Below are positions 40,004 to 52,466 of a DNA stretch of 64,000 nt, piece by piece. Both the position numbers and the translations under genes were made by a program. The DNA comes from Polymyxa betae A26-41 (Eukaryota > Protista > Endomyxa: Phytomyxea), in assembly GCA_003693705.1 (NCBI GenBank), contig RBZT01000684.1, positions 62,001-126,000 on the forward strand. Direction: 5' to 3'. Within the stretch, counting starts at the first letter, position 1, and each line of letters begins with the position of its first letter. Below the pieces are notes generated by a model. It had not been told where the DNA came from and did no database searches. It was given only the letters and a program-made list of their open reading frames with translations.

Positions 40004-41121
40004 ATGTCCAGAAAATCGCCGGCGATACCGAATGCGAAAGAATATCATGTCTATCTTGAACGATGTGGCATTTTAGGTGAAGAAATATTCGGTCTCGCTA
40101 TGAATTCTACCCATTTGCTTCCTAGATATTCTGAGAAAAGTTACGAGTGAAATCTTAGAACGCCCATCGCGAGCTTCGAGCGTTTTTGTCTACGCTGAAC
40201 GGCGTATTCGGGAGCTTGGCGAGCAACGACGTCAGCATTTGTTTCAACAAGGGTTGGTTCGCCAGCGGCGTCATTTCCCTGTAAGTCAACGTCTACATAA
40301 TCGTCTCATTCGGTTTATTGCTGTTAGGTCTGCACCACAAAACTGGAACGCCATTTACCAGCATTGGCGTTTGGCAAGGAACTCCCAGATCCAGAAGCAA
40401 GGGAGATTTTCGAGCGGAAGAAGCGCTATCATGGGCCTCTGGTCATTCGGTATCGACGACCACCGCAGCCAACAAAATTGGAGAAATTCCTCCATTCTGG
40501 TATCGCGTTGTTTAGGGTTTCTTTCATGTCTTTTCACATTGTGTAGTTGAACCGAAACGAAGCAATCGTGTAAAATTACTGAAACCAAAGCCGATTTTAA
40601 AAGCAAATTCCCCTACTAATGAGGACGAATATGTGTCTGATTTTGAGGGTGATTTCGACCATGCGGTCGTCGATCCTCCGAACCAAAGTTCGGTCATACC
40701 TGAAGAGAAGACCGACATTGATGCGATTCCGCAGCTGGACAGCATTGAGCAAGATCACGCAGGTATGCTGGAAGTGCCATCACAGAATCCCGAAGAATCG
40801 AGCAGTCGAAGCTTTAACACGATGGGAATATCCAACGCTGTTCAGAGTTTGAATCAGCCGATAGAATCATCCTACCCTTTACAAACAGAAAGTGTCGAAA
40901 GTCCAGTGAGATCCTCGGCTGTAGAAAATGTTATCCAATCGAAAGAAAGCAGCGACGAGCAAACTGAAATCAAAAAAGCGCTGGAAAGGTTGATAGGGAC
41001 AAATGCTGAGCCGGGCAAACTAGTGAGAAATTCAGAATGGGAAAAGGATTATCAGAAGCTGCCTGAAAAAGAAGTTGATGACGATGAGCTAAATAGCCTA
41101 TATAAACCCCTCACTGAATAG
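40004..41121 (+). CDS. Uncharacterised protein with N-terminal RIIa/Dpy-30-like helix pair and acidic tail
   Basis: Spliced EYHVYLERCGIL|DILRKVTSEILERP resembles a dimerisation/docking domain. The last exon is acidic and low-complexity. Confidence 0.55.
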
Positions 41122-41169
41122 TCACTGTCTTACAGATTTCCGGCGTAGATGAAAGAATATTTATTTATA

Positions 41170-43418
41170 TCACATAAACTTCTTCAGTGCATAGTCGATC
41201 TGAGCCTGGGCATCTGCAGGTGGTGGATTCCCAGATTTGACCGATTTCACGATCTCCGACACCAGCGGGTCGGGTAGCATACGAGGCAGGAACAACAATA
41301 GCAGGAAATCGGAAAATTTGGTCTAGAGCGCCCAGTTAGAATAAACAGATCGAGATTAAACCGTTCCTACTTGAACTGGCTCATTATTATGAACTTGCAG
41401 ATGTGCAGCGAAATGAGCCTCGGTCCCGTTGAACGGGAAGTGCTGGAACAAAAACTCAGAAAACGACCGCATAGAATGTACTGGTCCAGTACCAAAAACT
41501 TAAACCCGGGCTGGGGATTATGCGGCTTCATTGGGACGACTTTAACGAGCAGTTCATCCGGCAAGAAATCGTCACCTGGCTTAACTACTTTATTCTTGTA
41601 GATGACCGACGACAGCAAATCGCCTTTCTACAAACATTCGTGAGATAGAATTGCACTAGCCGCAAGCTTGTAGCACCTTGGCGATCCTTGGCTTTAAGAA
41701 GCCGATTTTCGATCCTTCCTCGATAATTCCGTCTCTTTCCAGAGCAACACCTGACCAATCAGTGTCGGAAACACCACCATCACCTGTAACAGATTAGAAT
41801 ACCTTGGTCTGAGATCTGATAGGCTTTCGGCTCGATGTGGCCTTGTTTATTGTACTGGAACACCATCGTGACGAATCGTGAATGCCCAAGTTTATCACAA
41901 TATCTAAAGCAGAAATCATGAACTGGTGTCAAAAACAAAAACAATGTTCAACTTGAGCTGAAACCGTGCAGCCTGCCGAACTTCCCGAGCGCTAAGAAAC
42001 ACTTCGCCTCCTAAACAGAAACCGAATTGAGAAAAATTATCGAAACTTGAAGATGGTTTCTTGTACCATATGCGGGATCATCTCTCGGAAGTGTGGTGAC
42101 AGCCCATCCTACAGGTTCCAAGCCTAAATCGGCAGCTATTTTTAGGTTTCTCTCCTCATGAGGATCTTTCAGCAAGCGAACGCCGTCCGGGAGACCTTCA
42201 CACAACAATTCAGCCCGGTCCCGTAAAAAATCAAGCTTAGAGCAACCTTCTTGGGGAGGCATATAGACACCTTCAACCTCCGCTCGAATCGCCCCTGATT
42301 ACGATGTAATAAGCGCTTAACCGGCTGTGCTAAAAACGTCGCCTACCAGTATTGCCAGTTTCGGTCGGTTCATCGACGTATCTTCCGAACAGAATCGCAG
42401 CACGTTGTAGGCCGGGATTCGCCGACCATTGCTTATTGAACCTTTCACCAGCGGCGATATCTTTGAACGAAATTCCATCGCAGTATCGGTATGGCTAACG
42501 GACTCCCTAAGTCCCTTCCATCTACCAGCATGCAGAACGAACCTGAAGTTTCAGCACTGCATTTGGCGGAGCACATTTGCCACAGACGCCATGAGGCCAA
42601 GGACGATGGCTTCCATCACAGCGAGGCTTCCCGACATATTCGATTTTCGAAGGCGGTGCACATAAATGGCACACGGTCGATGCTGAGTGCTTAAACCTGA
42701 AAGCACCGAATGTCCTGAGAGCCAAGTCTAAACGTATTTGAGAGCCTCATACCGACACAGAGCTCGTTTCTCATTCATATATTGTCTGTATGGGATCAGG
42801 TCGAATTTCAGCGGTTTGTTGGGGTCGTAAGGCTCCGAACCTTTCACGCCATCGTCCTCTGATTTTTCCTCTGGCGGGATGCATTTCGGGCAGAATGCAC
42901 TCGGCGGGTGTGTGCAAAGCCACGAGGCGAGCGGGTCGTCAGGCGAGGCTTTCGGCATCTGTTGATGCAGACGTTATGATCCGATCGCCGCAAATAAACA
43001 GCCCTTACACAATGCAGGCAGCGACCTTTGACGGAATGCTGACATTGTGGTGTCAGCTTGAAGGTGGACGATTGCTCAGGAAGAACGTCCTTATCAATCA
43101 AGATATAGAGCATCGTGCCATGGTTGATGCCCAGCGATCCGATCGCCATTTCCCCATCTGCATTAATCCACTACACAAATCAGCTCGATGACGATCGCTG
43201 CGTCCAAAACCGACTTCTGGATTATGCAATTGGCGTCTGGAGATTTTGAACTTCCCATCCGGGACGTCGAACTTCCTGGCGATCTACAAATGGTCAGCGG
43301 TCCCGGGACGATTCGGGTTCCAGCGAACCTGAGCGACTAACGTGGACCACGAGGTCGCCACCGACTCTACATCGACACGTTTGAAGCCCTGTGCGCCCTG
43401 AACACGAACGGTTACCAT
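41170..43418 (-). CDS. NPL4: Nuclear protein localization protein 4 (Cdc48/p97 cofactor)
   Basis: UBL-like MVTVRVQGAQGFKRVDV start, HGTMLY, HRPWPHGVCGKCAPP, LFGRY, AEVEGVYMPPQEG, GLEPVGW and FSDFLLLLFL. Confidence 0.92.
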
Positions 43419-44214
43419 TATGATAGGGTCGGCCACTATACCCCGCCACCCCAATCTCTTGAACAGATACTTCTAATGTTGCGTGGATTACAATCACGAT
43501 GATTGTAGCAAAGTAGGCGATGGTGTCAGCTGAATTGAGATGATTAACGGTACCCTACAAGAGCAGCTCAAAATGTTTGGTCACTGATACCAATGGTTTA
43601 TTGGTCAACAGACGCAGCTGCTTCAAAACGATTACATCTAGACTGATACAGATTTTCTAATCGCATCTTCATCTAAGTAAGCCACTATTTCTCAAATGCC
43701 AGAATATGACAGAATAGCAGAGGCTCTGTATTTGGTTTGAGGCTCCATTTTACAAGGAGAAGCTTTCGTCACCTCGAAATTGCATAAGCAGGGCATTCCT
43801 GCGGTCATGACTCCAATATCGGGCCTTTGCAACGCATGTTCCAGCATTTTGTAGCGACAGAATTCGATCCAATTCGATCTCACCAAATCGTCGATTAGAT
43901 GACAAACGCTACTCTGGATTAAAAACATTCGACAGCCAACTCAATCCCTTTCGACACACAGCGCGGTATGCATGAAAACCAAGCTGAGATTCGATTCGTA
44001 ACCTACAGCTTGATGAAGGGCTCCTTTCTCTGTGTTAACTTCGGAGCAGCACAATCCTGGCAATGAAGCAAAATCCAAACGTTCGAACTCCGCCAGCAGT
44101 TTGTTCGAGTCATGAAAGCATCGGAGAGGTGACTGGTTCTGATTGCATCTGGTTGGCCTCCGAGGGAGCTTCATTCTACAACTAATCATTTGTTGCAGTT
44201 CGTTATCGTACATT

Positions 44215-44532
44215 ATGGATACGGAAGAGCAACCGCAGACATCGACTGAGGTTGTTCCAGGGCGTCCTCGTCGAGCAGGCAACGTACGGGTTCCTGAAAT
44301 TCGCCATCGCCCAAGACTAGCGAGTCGATCGCGGTCGCGGTCGCTAACACCAACGCGAGAAGAGCAAACTGAACTGGCGAAGGACGACCCTCTGTTAAGA
44401 GAGCAACAAAAGAAAGAGTATCTGGCTGATAAGACGAACATTTTTGAATTGAAATCGACTATGAAGATTTATAACCCCCCGCCTCCTGAGATTGTTCTTG
44501 AGCGTCAGCAGCCACGTCGTCATAATTCATAA
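44215..44532 (+). CDS. Small hydrophilic hypothetical protein (Arg/Ser-rich)
   Basis: 105-codon ORF with biased composition. A possible upstream exon at ~44112-44128 splices in frame. No recognisable family. Confidence 0.35.
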   Translation: MDTEEQPQTSTEVVPGRPRRAGNVRVPEIRHRPRLASRSRSRSLTPTREEQTELAKDDPLLREQQKKEYLADKTNIFELKSTMKIYNPPPPEIVLERQQPRRHNS

Positions 44533-45003
44533 GACCTGATCGTAAAGTTTTCTCATAATGATGTTATATTACAGACTCGCTCTGTCCTTTGGCGGTTGTC
44601 CAGCTCCATATTGCGTTTATTTGTTTTCAACACCTTTGTTCTAGTTCTATCGGTTCGTGCATTGACAAGTCGAAATATGTTGAATGATTTTATGATCTCG
44701 TGGAGGCGTGCTCTAAGATCGTTAGCAATTAGTCGATGCGTTTTGGATCCAATCGAGCGGGCACTGGGCTAGGCTGTCGACTATCAGTTTGAAACACGAA
44801 TCCGACAAGGATGAGAGGGTTAGGAACGCAATCTGAAACAGTCAGAAGTCTTCTTTGAAGAAGCGGTATCAGTACCGATCGCCGCCGCTAATATAGCAAA
44901 AGAGTAGAACATGAGCAAAGAAGCGACATCGACGTTTAGCGCCAAGCAATGATTTAGACTGCATTAAACAATGCTAAGGAGAGCTTCCTAGTAAGTATGG
45001 GTA

Positions 45004-45110
45004 CAAGGGGAATCGACTTAGGTCGACTCCCGGTTTTCCCCCACGACTCCGAGTCGACACAGCCAATAGCTCGATCCGAGTCGATTCGACTCAGTCGTTG
45101 CCACCCCTAG
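45004..45110. mobile_element. Imperfect palindromic MITE / hAT-like end remnant
   Basis: The right end reads TAGGGGTGGCAA on the minus strand. There are several GAGTCG/CGACTC motifs. The left arm matches the inverted right arm apart from a ~17-bp gap. Confidence 0.5.
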
Positions 45111-45698
45111 CTCTGAGCGATACTTCTCGGTTTGCCGTTGTTACTGGCTCCAGAATTTGGTGGGATTCCGATGGGATTCAAGCACCAATCGAAAAACGAT
45201 GTACTTTTTAAAAATCTTCAAATGCCTTTACTCGCAAAATAGGCGCTATCGTCGGGCCTATCAAGGAGAAGGCCGAATCGCTTCCAGCGATGAGATACAT
45301 AAAAAGCCCAGAATGCAAAGGTTCATCCACTCACATCCACAGCACGAACGCAAAGCAGATTGACGACCAGCTTGGTTTGTGAAGTGAGATAGATTAAGGG
45401 AGTGTCCATGTACCAGTATAACTAGGTAGGAAGAGGCCACATACGCTTGAGACAAGTCACCTCTGTGTAACGAGAGTTCCCTCTTCGAGTCGCTGTTACC
45501 CTCGTCGATTTTGCAGCTTCTTCTAGAGCCTTCATAGTGCTTGCCGCTGAGCTACAGACGGTGTTTGACGCCCGTTCGGCTTCCTCGCGACGGTGACCGG
45601 CTAGACCTGGCCGGTTCATTGCGAAGCCAACATTCGAGAACAGTCGGGATCATTATTCGCGATCCCGACCGTCCACTTCAGGTTCTTTACTTCAGATT

Positions 45699-47265
45699 AT
45701 GTCGGAATCTAGGATTACCGACATCGTGGCACGATTGGATGTGCTGCCGGTGAGTCGGTCGGTGGCCGGCGTCTGCTCTATCGATGGGCCCTGCCTTGAA
45801 ATCATCGAGACTGAAGAGCGATTCTGTGAGAAGCTGGCGCTTCTTGACCAGCACTTTGTAAAGCGACTTCGAGCTGAAATCGAAATCAACTCGTACAGAG
45901 TCACTCAGATCGACGTTGATACCGTTGATAAATGGTTTCCTATCATTCCCGCATTATTGGAGCAGCATCGGAGCCTGTTGAAGTTTCTTAACGGTCTGTG
46001 AAACCCGAAATGCACAATCGTTTCGAATAAGTGAGCTATATAGCTGGAGGCATCATCGGTTTGGGATTACGATTTAAACATTTCTTTAAATCGACGAAGC
46101 AGCTCTATGGAGATTATGCCTCCCAATTCCAAGGTGTGTCTGACGATATCAGACAAGCGCGTGACAACAATCCCTGGTTAAATACGTTCATTCGCGTTTC
46201 CGAGCGAGTTACCAAAGACTCGCTGCTGTCATTGAGAATTGCACCCATCCAGCGTAGTACGTGCCTCAATTTTTATTCCATCGGGAGAACCTTATCGATG
46301 ACAGTTCCACGTTATACAATAATGCTGACAGCGGTGCTAAATAGCTTGTCTGTGGATCGTGTTGCCGAACGGAAAGCCGTTCAAGGTCGCTTTTTTTGTC
46401 CGAAATCTGAGTACTGACAACAGCTTAGAAGCGATTAAGTATGTAGAGCAAACATGCCAACATATTGACAAAAGTGCCAGTCTTACCGAGCACTCGCACC
46501 TGGTAAGATTTGCAGCCTTTGCATCTAAAAGGTTTTAAGGTTTCCAGCAGGTGAGGCGAATTGAGCAAGATATGTTCCAAGGACGCATCCGATTACGAAA
46601 TTCCCAACATCGGAGATTCATCTATCAAGGAACCTTGAACAAGGTGGGTCAATTATACTTAGATTCCACTGATAACTGAACGGAAATGAAAAAACAGATG
46701 TATGCACAAAGCGCTCGACATGTGAACCGCATGAAAACGTAGTTGTTACTGGTGAAATCGGGACCATACTGACGTCTTTTTGCCAGATACACATTTTTGC
46801 TCTTCTCTGATTGCTTGATTTATGCGGATCTTGATGCTCCTATAGACAAGCGCTTGAAACACGTCCTAGATTTATCACAAATGCGAATTATTGATGTACT
46901 TGACGGTCAGATTCCAGGCGTTGCGAATGCCTTTCGTATCCTCAGTCGAACCAAGGTCAGAGTCGAAGTACATTATTGATTGGTATCTAATCAGAAACAT
47001 ATAGGTGATTGTAGTGTGTTCAACATCAACGAATGAGAAACGATTCTGGATCAATATTTTATTGGATCAGATTGATGCCGCTGTCGCCGCAGCGGGCTCA
47101 AGGGCAGAATCTCCATACAATGTAGGTTCTGTTTGAAGTGAAAAATTTCTCAACTCAATCAACTAGAATTTGGAAAAGACAATCAAACTGGAGCCAGAAC
47201 GCCGTCCGTCAATGACGTGGCCAACAAAATTTTCCTCATTAACGATGACAACATTTTCGCAGTAA
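45699..47265 (+). CDS. DH-PH RhoGEF
   Basis: EIIETEERFCEKL and LLSLRIAPIQR|VPRYTIML (DH domain). FIYQGTLNK, FLLFSDCLIYA and NAFRI...EKRFWI (PH domain). Confidence 0.87.
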
Positions 47266-47337
47266 ATTAAGCGGTAACGTGCAGACACTACAGGCTAGAG
47301 TGCCTGCTCGGTAACGGTAGTCCAAGTTAATAAATTA

Positions 47338-50300
47338 TCACAAAGAGCGCATTCTCGGTTTGGTGAATGAGAGAAAGCCAGAGCGCTGAGGAATCTTTGC
47401 TCTTTTGAGTTGCGTTTCTTCAACCTTGAAGTGAGGTTTTGATGGGCCACTGGTTTCGCATTTCACCTTGTGTCTTTCCATTTTGACATTTTCCACTTTG
47501 CCAGAACCAAAAGCCTCGAACTGCCTTTTAAATTGTTTTCCTTCCTTCCGCATCTCGACTTTGGAAGTAGCTGGTTCATATTTGGCATCAAATCGTGATA
47601 CTTCGAATTCAGCTACGTGTCGTTGTGCGGCTAGAACAGGGATTCCACTTGATATGCTTTGACAATCAGGCATATGTTCAAAGCAGTTGGCATACTCAGA
47701 TGGCCTGAGCACATTCAGTAACCAAATCTTGAAAAGCGGTTGTACGCTTTACATATGACGTTGCTGGACAGCATATACAGGATGAGGGACAGGCAGCTGT
47801 CGACCTGAAAAACTCGGGCTGGAATCCGACACAAAATTTTGCGATGATCTTTTTGTATCTTCAAACACAGATGCAACGTCTTGGTTCGATCCCGCATAAC
47901 GCCCATTGTCTGGTCTATCTCGTAAACTCAATGCTCCAAAACGCTTCAATATGCCAAGACAGCTTCACCTGGATTGTGCAAACGATGCTAAGTTTGACCT
48001 GTATACACCACTACAGTTATAAATGTTATTAACAGCTGCAGATTGGCTTCGAAATAGTGGATATACCTTGAGTACAGGGATGCTGAAGTTGAAGTGGACA
48101 CAGCTGTAGGTGATACAAAGAACTCTTGGTTTCTCATTCCAGACGCAACCTTTGAACTATCAGTGAAAGGGGGTTATTTGGTGATAACTGGTACATTTGA
48201 AGTGTTTAGTACACTGTCATCATACTTGAAGTCGACAGATGTGCCTGGCGGAAGCGGGCCCCTTGACTGACAGAGCCTTGAAATATGTTGCATTTGGTAC
48301 GAGACCTGACTCGTTGATGGCCTTTGCTAGCAGCAATTGATCAGTCTATTACTGTATTTGGCAAAATATAGTCCAAATTACGAACTATATAATTTGCAGT
48401 CACCGATGTTGATAAATGAGACTGATATGAGTTCTGAAGATGGTTCGGTGTATAGCTTGGTGCCTCTTCCATGCCATGCAGGTGTCGATTCTGCATGATT
48501 CCTTGTTGAGGGTTCCTAATTGGGAATGATTCCATTTGCAAAACATTGCATTTGGTCAAGATGACCTTCGATATTGGAACGCTGGGGTCTGGGATTCAGA
48601 TCTTGCAACATAACCCAGTTCTGGTGGATGTTTTACTACGACTTCCCCACACCCCGCAGGAATTTCATTAGAAATGGATTTGGAATCAACTGCTCGTTGG
48701 GAGATAGGTTGCATTTCTAGGTTTTGACGGCCAGAGTCAATGACAAGCATCGAGCTGAAGTCTATGAGAACCAAACTTCTAACAACCAGAAACATTCGCA
48801 CCTTGCATTTTGGGAAGTCGAAGAAACCGTTGTGCAATCTGGTTGATTGAAAGGGGGCTTTGAAAGTTGCAGGCTAGAACAGGTTAGCATGCCTCAAGAT
48901 TCAGAAAAGGAAATAAAACCTTGCAGATTGAAACCCGGGGGAATTTACTTTGGGATTTGTTTGGTTGTCTGGACTTTTTGACATGAGTGAGCTAAGACCG
49001 TTATCAGTTCCAATCAATCAGGAATCACAAGAATGTACGTTGCAGATTGAAAACCCGATGCAGATCTGACTTTCCACATGGATTCACTTTGAGATTCTTG
49101 CATCTTTCTTAATGTTTTCTGATACGGCAAATGCACCTTAGATCCATCACCAGAATCAAATCGCCTTTGAAGATTCTTATGCTCGCCTTTCGGTTCCCAA
49201 AACTCTATACTTTTCGGCAATTCTTCGAAAAACCGTGACGGGATGACGCTTTCGCCTTGATGGGTATATTGGACGTAGCTAAGATATAAATGGGACTTTG
49301 CTCTGGTTAAAGCTACATAACAAATTCTTCTTTCTTCTTCGTAGTGGTCTAATGAAGAATTATTTAAAGTTTCGTTATCATTGTGCCCGTTCTTTTCACA
49401 CAGTAAATAACTTTCAAAGAATGACAATGAAAACTTACCTGGTGCATAACGTTTTCAACTGGAAGAGTCCCCTCGTTAAAACGAACAACAAAGACGCATT
49501 CCCCTACAGTCAAATCACTTACATAATCTCGTGAATTGCACATGGGCTGTACACTCTTTCCCTTTGGCTTGATGTACAGTTGAAAGAGAAACGCGATTCT
49601 TTGGCTGATCTGAGTTTCTATCATGAGAGGCCGCTTGATTGGCTTTAAACTGGCGACAGAAAGCCTCCAAACGAAGTTTACGAGCATCGGCTTCTTTTGC
49701 AGCATTCAACAATTTTTTCATTTGCACTGTAAATCCGAGTTCAGAATAAAAAGCCAAACCCGTACATCGCAAGCACAACACACCGTTATCATTGCCGGTT
49801 GAGCATTTCGCCAGTGAATCAATAAGCTCAATGGATTGAACAGCTGACAGAGACTTCGCCTGAGTTCGCAATGTCTTGATTAAAGACAGAAAATCTGCCA
49901 GCTTCTGTTTAACATTTTGCCGCGAAGATAAAACCAATCGCGAAGTTGTCTATAATAAGACTTAAATTGAGAAAGATAGGTGATGCCTTAAAAAGAACCT
50001 TAAGAATATCTTTTTCTCCGTCTAACTGTTCTTTGATGTTCTCTATAGTTTTCTTCCCTATGCCCTTTGTTCCTTTGATTACCTCAAAGAAGGCGTTGTG
50101 GAACTATGATGATGTTTAACATAAAAGAAATATCATCGCGCAACTATGGATAGACCTGAGTTTCTGTGCAATCAGAAAGAAAAATTAATTCGCAAAAAGC
50201 CAGTATGCGTCTAGTCTGGGATGTAAATTAACAGGCACGCTGGTGATGTAGCTAGGTCCCAGAAAATACCAGTTTGGGAAGCTTTTTGCCATTCGTTATT

Positions 50301-52068
50301 CTACGACTATCGTCTTGGACCATTTCAAATGGTATATTGGCCTAAGAGGATCATCAAACAAGAATTTAGAAACAGCCATTACTAAACCTGACGAAATGCA
50401 TCTGGAAACGCGTTCAAAACATTCCTGACACGGCAAAGGACAGCGATTTCAGACAATCTAAGCAGATCTTAATCCAAGGTAAACACACTCAGCTTTGGCC
50501 AGACTCCGTCTGCATATCGTTATGATGATGCAATATTTGAGTAATTATATCACGAATCTCAGCTTGGTGATCGTAACAGAACCGCACCTGCAGATCAATG
50601 AGATACACTATCGACTTATGTATCTCGCAAGCGGCTGACTAGACCTTTACCGAAGCTCCAGCATCTTTCTTTGTAGTAAGCATTTTTACAGTACGTTTGG
50701 AATTAAATCGTATGAGGCTGTCTGCTGCACAAATGATCTGAGGGGTGGATCGATAAGTCTGATCAAGGATGATAGTCTGTATGTTGGGGAGAAGCGATTC
50801 GAGCATTTTGAATCTGAGATGTCGTTATTACAGATGCTGAGCAGAGTTGGCAACGTACGTATGACTAGAGCCACAACGAAACCCGAAAATGGATTGGTCT
50901 TCATCCCCTGAATATTAAGTTAATGGCTCAGAATCTGTTCTTGTCAAATTATTTACTTACCGCAAACAGTAAGGTTCCCTGTTTCTCCGCGTAATTGAAT
51001 TATGAGCTCCAGTTGGTTTGGTGACACATCTTGAAACTCATCAACTCTGAACAATTGTAAATTTTAGAATAGACTGGGGGAGAGACCCTACAGAATATGC
51101 GTCCATTGCCTGCGATAAGATTCTAGGATTTTGGGATTTTCCTGAAACAACTGAACAGTTACTGGTATAAAATCATCAAGATCGATCATTTGTCCAGATT
51201 TCTAGGGAAAGTAAGTGATAAGCGAAGCAGATCAAAAATACCAACGAGAGTTGCCGTATAAGCTTGAAGCACGAAGGCGTGCTCGCTGTCATATTGGGCT
51301 GGGCTCTCATTACGTCTCTTTGTTTTCCCGATGAAGTTGACGAAGTAGTCAATAGTTCGGCTGCTAAGCTGATTGCGATCAGCCTCATCGTCGTCATCGT
51401 CAATATCAGAGTGCTGGCTGTCGTCTGCATCCTCATCTTGATTTTGTTTTTTTACAGCTTTTTTTCTGAGCTCAGCATGGATTTTAGATCCGATTTCTCC
51501 CCAGTCACACTCCTCCTGCTTTAAACGCGAGTTTTTCAAGAATCTCAAGCTGTTCTCGACCTGAAACAGCACGTTAGTTGTGACACAATGCTACAAAACA
51601 ATGTCATACGATTAGCTTTTTAGTCTTCTTGTCGACTATTTTTGGAGATGTTAAAAACTCGCAGCGCTGATAATGACTCCTTATTATCCATAAGCATAAC
51701 TGATGAAATGTTAACGTTCGAACTGATAAAGAATCGCTATTCGCCAGCAACTTTAGGATGCGGGTCTTCATTTCATCGCCTGAGTTACAATTTAGGCATT
51801 AGCAACAAATCATATTCAGTTGTTTGTGCACACCTGCATTTCTTGTGAAAGTAACAGCTAGAATAGAAGCAGCTGGAATACACAGTTCGTCAATGAGGTA
51901 GGCGATTCTCATAGTCAGAGTCATGGTCTTTCCGCTTCCAGGGGCTGCTAAGATCATTAACGCATCCGAGCCTGCATACCGGACAGCCTGCTGCTGTCGT
52001 TCATTCAGTCGGCTCATATCCAGCTTCGCCTTCGAACGTGGAGTAGCCGTGTGCGACAATGACCCCAT
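47338..52068 (-). CDS. UvrD/PcrA/Srs2-like SF1 DNA helicase with long disordered C-terminal tail
   Basis: LNERQQQAV, AAPGSGKT, VTFTRNA, TFHQLC, VDEFQD, GD...SIFGFRG, STVHQAKG, EEERRICYVALTRAK and PSRF. Confidence 0.9.
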
Positions 52069-52152
52069 CGCTCTAGCCCATTTTCCCTATTATTTCATAA
52101 GACGAATGTAAGGAAGATATGAGCCTTATTGAAGTACAGGGGAAGGCGGGCG

Positions 52153-52224
52153 TTGGAACGACCATGACATGGCAGCTCGTTTGGCAAATTTGAACGACAA
52201 TGACGTGGCAGCTCGTTCGGTAAC
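52153..52224. repeat. 36-bp imperfect tandem duplication upstream of the helicase
   Basis: gaacgac(c/a)atgac(a/g)tggcagctcgtt(t/c)gg occurs at 52156 and 52192. Confidence 0.8.
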
Positions 52225-52466
52225 AGAATGCGGTTGCGCAGACAGACGGCTGCAGGCATGCAGAGCCCCCCACCTTCAAGGAAACAACACAGCTAGTTCC
52301 AGACAGTCAGCGCTGAAACAACGGATTTTACCATCATCAGGGCGCGAAAAGCTTACTGCGTCCGACAGCATCCATTCAGGTTGTAAAGCTACAGCTGCTA
52401 GTTTGGTTCAACACATAAGATGTTCGAATAGAGAATGGCAATAGTGAAATGTGAATTGCTATTTTT

